A stretch of DNA of 56,395 nucleotides, the filler included, from Platydemus manokwari (lineage: Eukaryota), in NCBI GenBank assembly GCA_037951405.1. It is 5 parts of 5 records of this genome, joined end to end, with 100 filler letters (N's around TTAATTAATTAA, not from the genome) between each part and the next. Parts side by side here need not be neighbours in the genome. Positions count along the whole stretch, not along the records: positions 45,272 to 56,395 come from JBBMOY010895532.1; 4 more parts are not named here. The stretch is one strand, 5' to 3'. The translations under genes and the position numbers were made by a program. Of the stretch, positions 50,914 through 56,395 are shown piece after piece (position 1 is the first letter of the stretch; each line of letters opens with the position of its first letter). The notes below the pieces were generated by a model. It searched no databases. It was not told the origin of the DNA and saw only the letters and a program-made list of their open reading frames with translations.

Positions 50914-53449
50914 TATAATATTCAATCTAAAATTCATCACAAAGATCATCTTAATAATCAATTTAAAATCAATGATGAAAAATCTATTAAATGATTTATT
51001 TTATTTATTAAGAAAAAAACATTTTTACCATAATTGCTATTTTACAGTAATCTATCGATAAATTTAAATGATATTTATAATTATCTAATAATCGATTAAT
51101 TAAAAAAAACTAATCAATTAACATGTGAAAAAATAATTGTGATAATGAAAATATACATTTAATAATTTTCTTTTATAAAATCAAGAAATATGAATATGTA
51201 TGTTTATAATAATCATGAAATTGCCTTATTTAAACAAATCGGTAACTTATGGCAACAAGTATTATATCTTAAATATATTTAATTTTAAATGAGATTTCAT
51301 TTCTAAGCATTCAAAGTAGTGTTAAAATTTCTTCATATTTATCAAACGACTCTGAGATTAATCAAATTAACTATTTTCATAACTGTTGACAAAGGGATTT
51401 CTAACACTAATAGTGTCGATTGGAAACTGATATGAGACAAGGGATTCATTTACTTTTAATTATTCATTGCTTTGAAATGTTGACGAACTTGTTAATAAAT
51501 TTACTTCTATCAAATTCTCTTATCTATGAATTTCTTTCGAATGATTTGATAAAAAACAATAGAGTGGATGCACCTGGAAACAGAGTAAACCAAAAATGGT
51601 GAATAAATTGAAAAGCATGATTTGAAACCATTTAATAATAATATTTTGGTTCTTCACACGAAGTATAAAATTCGATAGTAGCGCTTGTAAACGATTTATA
51701 AATATTAGTTGTCAATAGAGAAGAATGCGCGTCAACTTTTTATCCCAGACGTTTCCATTTGATAATCTCTGTTGTGGATCCCATGGAAAATTTATCAAAC
51801 ATGTAAGAATGATCGATATTAAAACTATTAACGGTTATACTTTGGATAAATTTAAATTTACGCTGAACTCTTGTTTTTAGATTTTTTGTAAAATATCAAT
51901 GATTTGTCATCATGGTATCTACAGAACTAGTTAAATCAATGAAAACCTTTATCCTAATTGAATAAATTTATATAATTAAATACTTAAAGATACAATATTC
52001 AATAAATAAAGCAAAAATGTGCAATGTTTAGATGATTTTAAAATGGCAAATTTCTATTAAACACATATCATTAAACAATATATCGATTTTCGATAAATAC
52101 AATTTATTGAAGTGCCAAATTGCTTTTTCAAAATTTTTAGCAGTTATAAGGAAATAATTTGAATGAATTTTGATCATAATGGGGATCATCTGGTGATATA
52201 TTGCATGCCAGGTACTGGTATTTTGAAGATAATTTCAAACATTAGAAATAATGTCACCTTTTGCTACGAAATTTATTATTACCCAATCCTGAAATATATT
52301 TCAAAGATTTAATTTTCGTCGCTGCTTCACTCTCATTTCAGATTTGTATGAAATGTTATAAACAGAATTATATCAAAACAATACAAATCAATCCAAAACG
52401 CAATTTAAACATTCTTCTATTTAATTTTGATATCTAGTTCCGATTAGAATTTTTATTCCATTACTCAATAATCATTGGATAGCGTATGTGATGATAATCA
52501 ATACAACATATATCCTGTCTTTTACTGTTTTTCACCATTTTATTAATATTTTTACAAATATCACTGCACAGCATGTAATGAAATTAATCTCTCTCTAAAT
52601 ATTAGCTTTGATATGGTTTACAGTTAAAAATAATAAAGTTATGCAATGAAAATAAAATTGCTACTTTTGTGAGTCTGTCTGTGCTAAAATTTGTTTTAAA
52701 GTTGTTTAATTGACCTTTTCTTAACTACAGCCCATCTCAATTACCTGATTTGGTCAGGTTGATCAGATAAGAAAACACACCAGTGATGGTAACCTTGGAA
52801 ATCACCCTTAACGTGTTGATACATACACATTCGACAAGCACACGTGCCAATAGCCAATGAGACTTCTCATATATCAATACATATTTAGAATTCAATAATT
52901 AACTGGTGCATATCAGTAAATAGCAAGAAACACCAAGAGTCACCATTGGCACAAGAGATGAAAAAGAGACTTCTTAATATATAACATGTGGACGATTTTA
53001 TTGAGTAAAAAGCAAAGCCAGAAGGCATCAATTGAACACGCACAATAGACCAATAAAAAGAATTGAATTTCATCAAAATTTGCCAATCATTTTGGTCAGT
53101 AATTTATATTCTGTGTGACTTACGTGATTATATTGACTATCAGTCGTTATGGTTGTCGACTGTGAGAAGTAGTTTAACTTTCGGATACTGAGCCCACCTT
53201 GTGTGATAATCCATTTTAATGGTGTTTGGTGACGAATCAAGTTATGTAATTTATAATTATAAATTTCCTGTATTTAGCGTCAGTTGATACCAAAACACAA
53301 TATATTTCAATACCAAATTGCGATTACGATACTAACAAATGTGCAATGTGATTGATTAGAAATCAATAAATATGAAATGTTAAATGTATTACTTTGAATT
53401 AAAATTTGCGTTTTAAAATATCACTTTGTACCAAATTATGTTAGAAAAT

Positions 53450-54080
53450 TAAAGCCCCTTTCGTAAAATGATATTCCACATTCGCCCTTGAATATGAGCC
53501 TCTTAATCTCTTAATTTTCTATACCTAATCATGATCTTCTTATCCGAGAAATTCCCATATTGTTGAGACCAAAGATTCATCTGGCTAATATCTGGAAATA
53601 TCTCTTTTATATGTGATAATATCTCTTAAATAGTACAACTCTGAAAATATTTTCGGAAGATCTCAAAGTAAACATGATCATATTACTTTTTTTAATTTTT
53701 TATTCAATTTTCTGATTCAATTCTTGATAAGCTCGACTTTGGAACAACAAAGCAACAGATTCCAATATGAGCGAATATCAAGAAAATTGGAATCAAGTCC
53801 CAGTGAACCATTTTCCGGTATATCAATTTCGGTTTAGGACAACGTGCTTCAGTAGATTTCGCAAGTCACTAAAAATTACCATTTGAGCACTTCTATTGAG
53901 ATCTCGTCGAATTTGACGATTTTATAACTGATTACTTCGTGGACGCATATGCACATGGATGAGCAGAACGAACAAAGATATAATAATTGCCTGCCATTCA
54001 ATAGAAGCAACTTTAGAGTCATATAACCAAATTGAACGTTGAAACATCTTTGAGTGGATGACAATTAAATATATGATTTA
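53450..54080 (+). mobile_element. Possible decayed LINE ORF2 fragment
   Basis: G*YLEIS (KYLG-like) followed by RRI*RFYN*LLRGRI. Raised GC and multiple stops. Weak support. Confidence 0.35.
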
Positions 54081-55712
54081 TACGATAACTCGTCAGTTTA
54101 CGAAGTAGTTTGAATGATTCGACACAAAGTATTCTCTCGAACAGAAAATGCAAACGAAACATTTGGAGAATTCGCATTTCTACTTGGACAGAAAAAGCTT
54201 TTGGCCCTGTTAGTGGTAGCTAATTCATTTTGATTTTGATATTCGTCAGATTTATTCACTAATTTTGCTACAAAATATTTATTATTCAAAGCGAATCAAA
54301 AATTTAAAAAAACTAGAATATTTTAAAGCGAGCTTCATTGATTGGCAATCTTAATCAGCAATATAAATGTAAATGGAAAATATTGAAGTGATACATTTTG
54401 AGGAAATGTGTCAATTTCAGGTCTTCGATTTATATATTGTAAAAATTATAAGGTGAACGAGATTGATTTAACTCAAGATTTTGACGAAGAGCGTAATATC
54501 AAATTTTTGGAAAAAGGAGAGTGTTTATCAGCTCGTGTAAACATGAAGAGAAATTCAAAATTACAGATTTTTCAATGAGTTAATGTGGAGAGTTATGAAA
54601 TGGGAATTTCGATTTTACCAGAAACAACTTTATTTAATAGTAAAGATTGGTGTGGTATATTGCTCACAGATTTCTAATCTTCAAGATCAAAACACGAAAG
54701 ATATACGTATTCCCTCATTTTTACTCACTTATATAAATCAAAGACAATCTTAGTATACATTAGAATAATTTATTCGATATCATGTCCAAATTCTCAAAAT
54801 TATCTTAGTTGTCTATCTCTTAATAACCTATTTGTTGTTGCCTAATATGTAGAAATCTAATAATGTGTAGCTTGATAACGTTTTTTAGCAATATTTGCAA
54901 TTGGTATGTTTCGAGAAAAATGATTGCAAATATGACCTAACGAATTTATTTCGAATGCTATTTCGATTTGCGATGAAGTATTTCTATGCACTCCCACTAT
55001 TGAATTATGCATCTTTAAATTTTATTCTTCTGACAAAAATGATGGAAGGCGCTGATTTGAGTTTTAACATATCGACAGAATACACATAATAAAAAAGCAC
55101 ACCACATTAAATTATCTCAATATATTTTATAGAATAACAGCACAAGTGGATGACATGATTTTGGAGGAGTGACCTAATTTGTCTGAAATTTTCAATCACA
55201 ATTTAGGTGGCTGTGTTCAAAAAAACAACGGATAGACAACATCTAGATAAATGTAAAGCAGAATTAAAATCAATTTAAAATAGAATCCAACGCATTTTCA
55301 AATATAATTTCAGTTAAACAGGCATATCTGAATTTTTTGTATGACAACTTCATTAAGAGGAAACATAAACACAATAATTTTTTTAGTAAATTAAATAAAG
55401 AAATAGAGGAAAGATCAAACAAAGACTTTATCAGAAGTTATTTAATCTAAGTTACTGTCCAACTAAAAAAGAAGAGATATCACAATGGAGATTATCGTCA
55501 TTTTCATTATATTTATATTTAAAGAGAGTTTTTAAACAAGAACTAAAATAATTATAAAAAATTTAAAATCAATCTCAAGTTTCAAATACTTCCCTAGTTA
55601 AGGGGGCAAAAATAAATACAGATTCATGATAACAAATAAATTATTCTATCTGGATTCAACATTAACTATCATGAATTTTTTCCTCGTTATTAATGTTGTA
55701 TAACCGTTATTC

Positions 55713-55756
<44 letters not shown>

Positions 55757-55770
55757 GCTGCTGTTGTTGT
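55713..55770. repeat. (TTA)n microsatellite grading into (GCT)/(GTT)
   Basis: About 14 perfect TTA units visible directly. Confidence 0.9.
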
Positions 55771-56395
55771 TCGTTATTTTTTATAAAGGGCATATTGAAA
55801 ACGAAGAGCAAAGTCAGAACGCCATCAAAATATTAAACAAATCAATAACTTTTTAAATTTAATGTTACAAATCCTCACAATTATTATTATTTTACTATTA
55901 CCATTAATTATTATGATTCTATTATTATTAATGTTTATATATCACTTAATTTAGTATTAATATTATTAAAATTATAATTACTATTATTAATATAAAAATT
56001 ATCATCATCGTAATTATTATTTTTTATTACCAAATACTGACCTGCTTACATTTGAGGACTACACCACCAAAAGACTGCCGTCACATTTACTATTCATTTC
56101 TTATTATTTGAAAAATAATGTAACAAATCCTTATAAATGTCTGAGCATAAATTCCAATTTTTAAAACAACAATCAATGAAATAAAAAATGTGATAATTTT
56201 TTTAAAAATATGACTTTGTGCAATCAACGGAAATGGATACCACTGAAAAGATTTTAAAGTATTTCCACTCTATATTTCTAAAAAACAAGATCATGTTCAA
56301 AATATTAAATTATTATATTTAGAAGAAAATTGAGTTTCTCATTATGTTTTGATTAAATAATTTGAAAGTGCTATGAAAGGAGAATTCAATAATAT

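Noticed and set aside
49180-51061. Alternative-frame and antisense ORFs over the TRAF gene (e.g. 50337-50801)
   Set aside because: Shadows of the TRAF exons.
1-56395. tRNA, rRNA or snRNA genes
   Set aside because: No cloverleaf, A/B boxes or conserved rRNA/snRNA motifs recognised by eye; tRNAscan-SE and Infernal would be needed to exclude them.

Overview
AT-rich eukaryotic genomic DNA with many 40-50 bp GT-AG introns. A freshwater planarian/flatworm origin is inferred from composition, intron size, the TRAF type and the transposon content, but is not proven. The window is a scaffold broken by five gaps; four are 100-bp artificial spacers (44 N + TTAATTAATTAA + 44 N). Three protein-coding genes are recognisable, all on the minus strand: (1) the 3' half of a MASK/ANKHD1/ANKRD17 gene (10 ankyrin repeats, coiled coil/NLS, KH domain, long low-complexity tail with two PAM2-like motifs); (2) three phase-compatible exons of a TEX14-like pseudokinase (HRD replaced by HCS, DFG by NFE); (3) a complete 7-exon RING-Zn-coiled coil-MATH TRAF gene whose coiled coil was lengthened by tandem duplication of an exon pair. 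There is also an orphan terminal exon with tyrosine motifs. The rest is mostly transposon debris: a Merlin-like MITE with an 8-bp TSD plus a truncated copy, an internally deleted pogo element, a DD41D (rosa/Visitor) transposase relic, a Mboumar-like mariner end, LINE relics, a probable solo LTR and several decayed coding-like stretches of unknown family. I did not find an unambiguous novel system. The best leads are the TEX14-like pseudokinase, the tandem PAM2-like motifs in MASK, and the phase-compatible kinase/MASK juxtaposition across a gap. Family assignments come from recalled motifs; no search was run.
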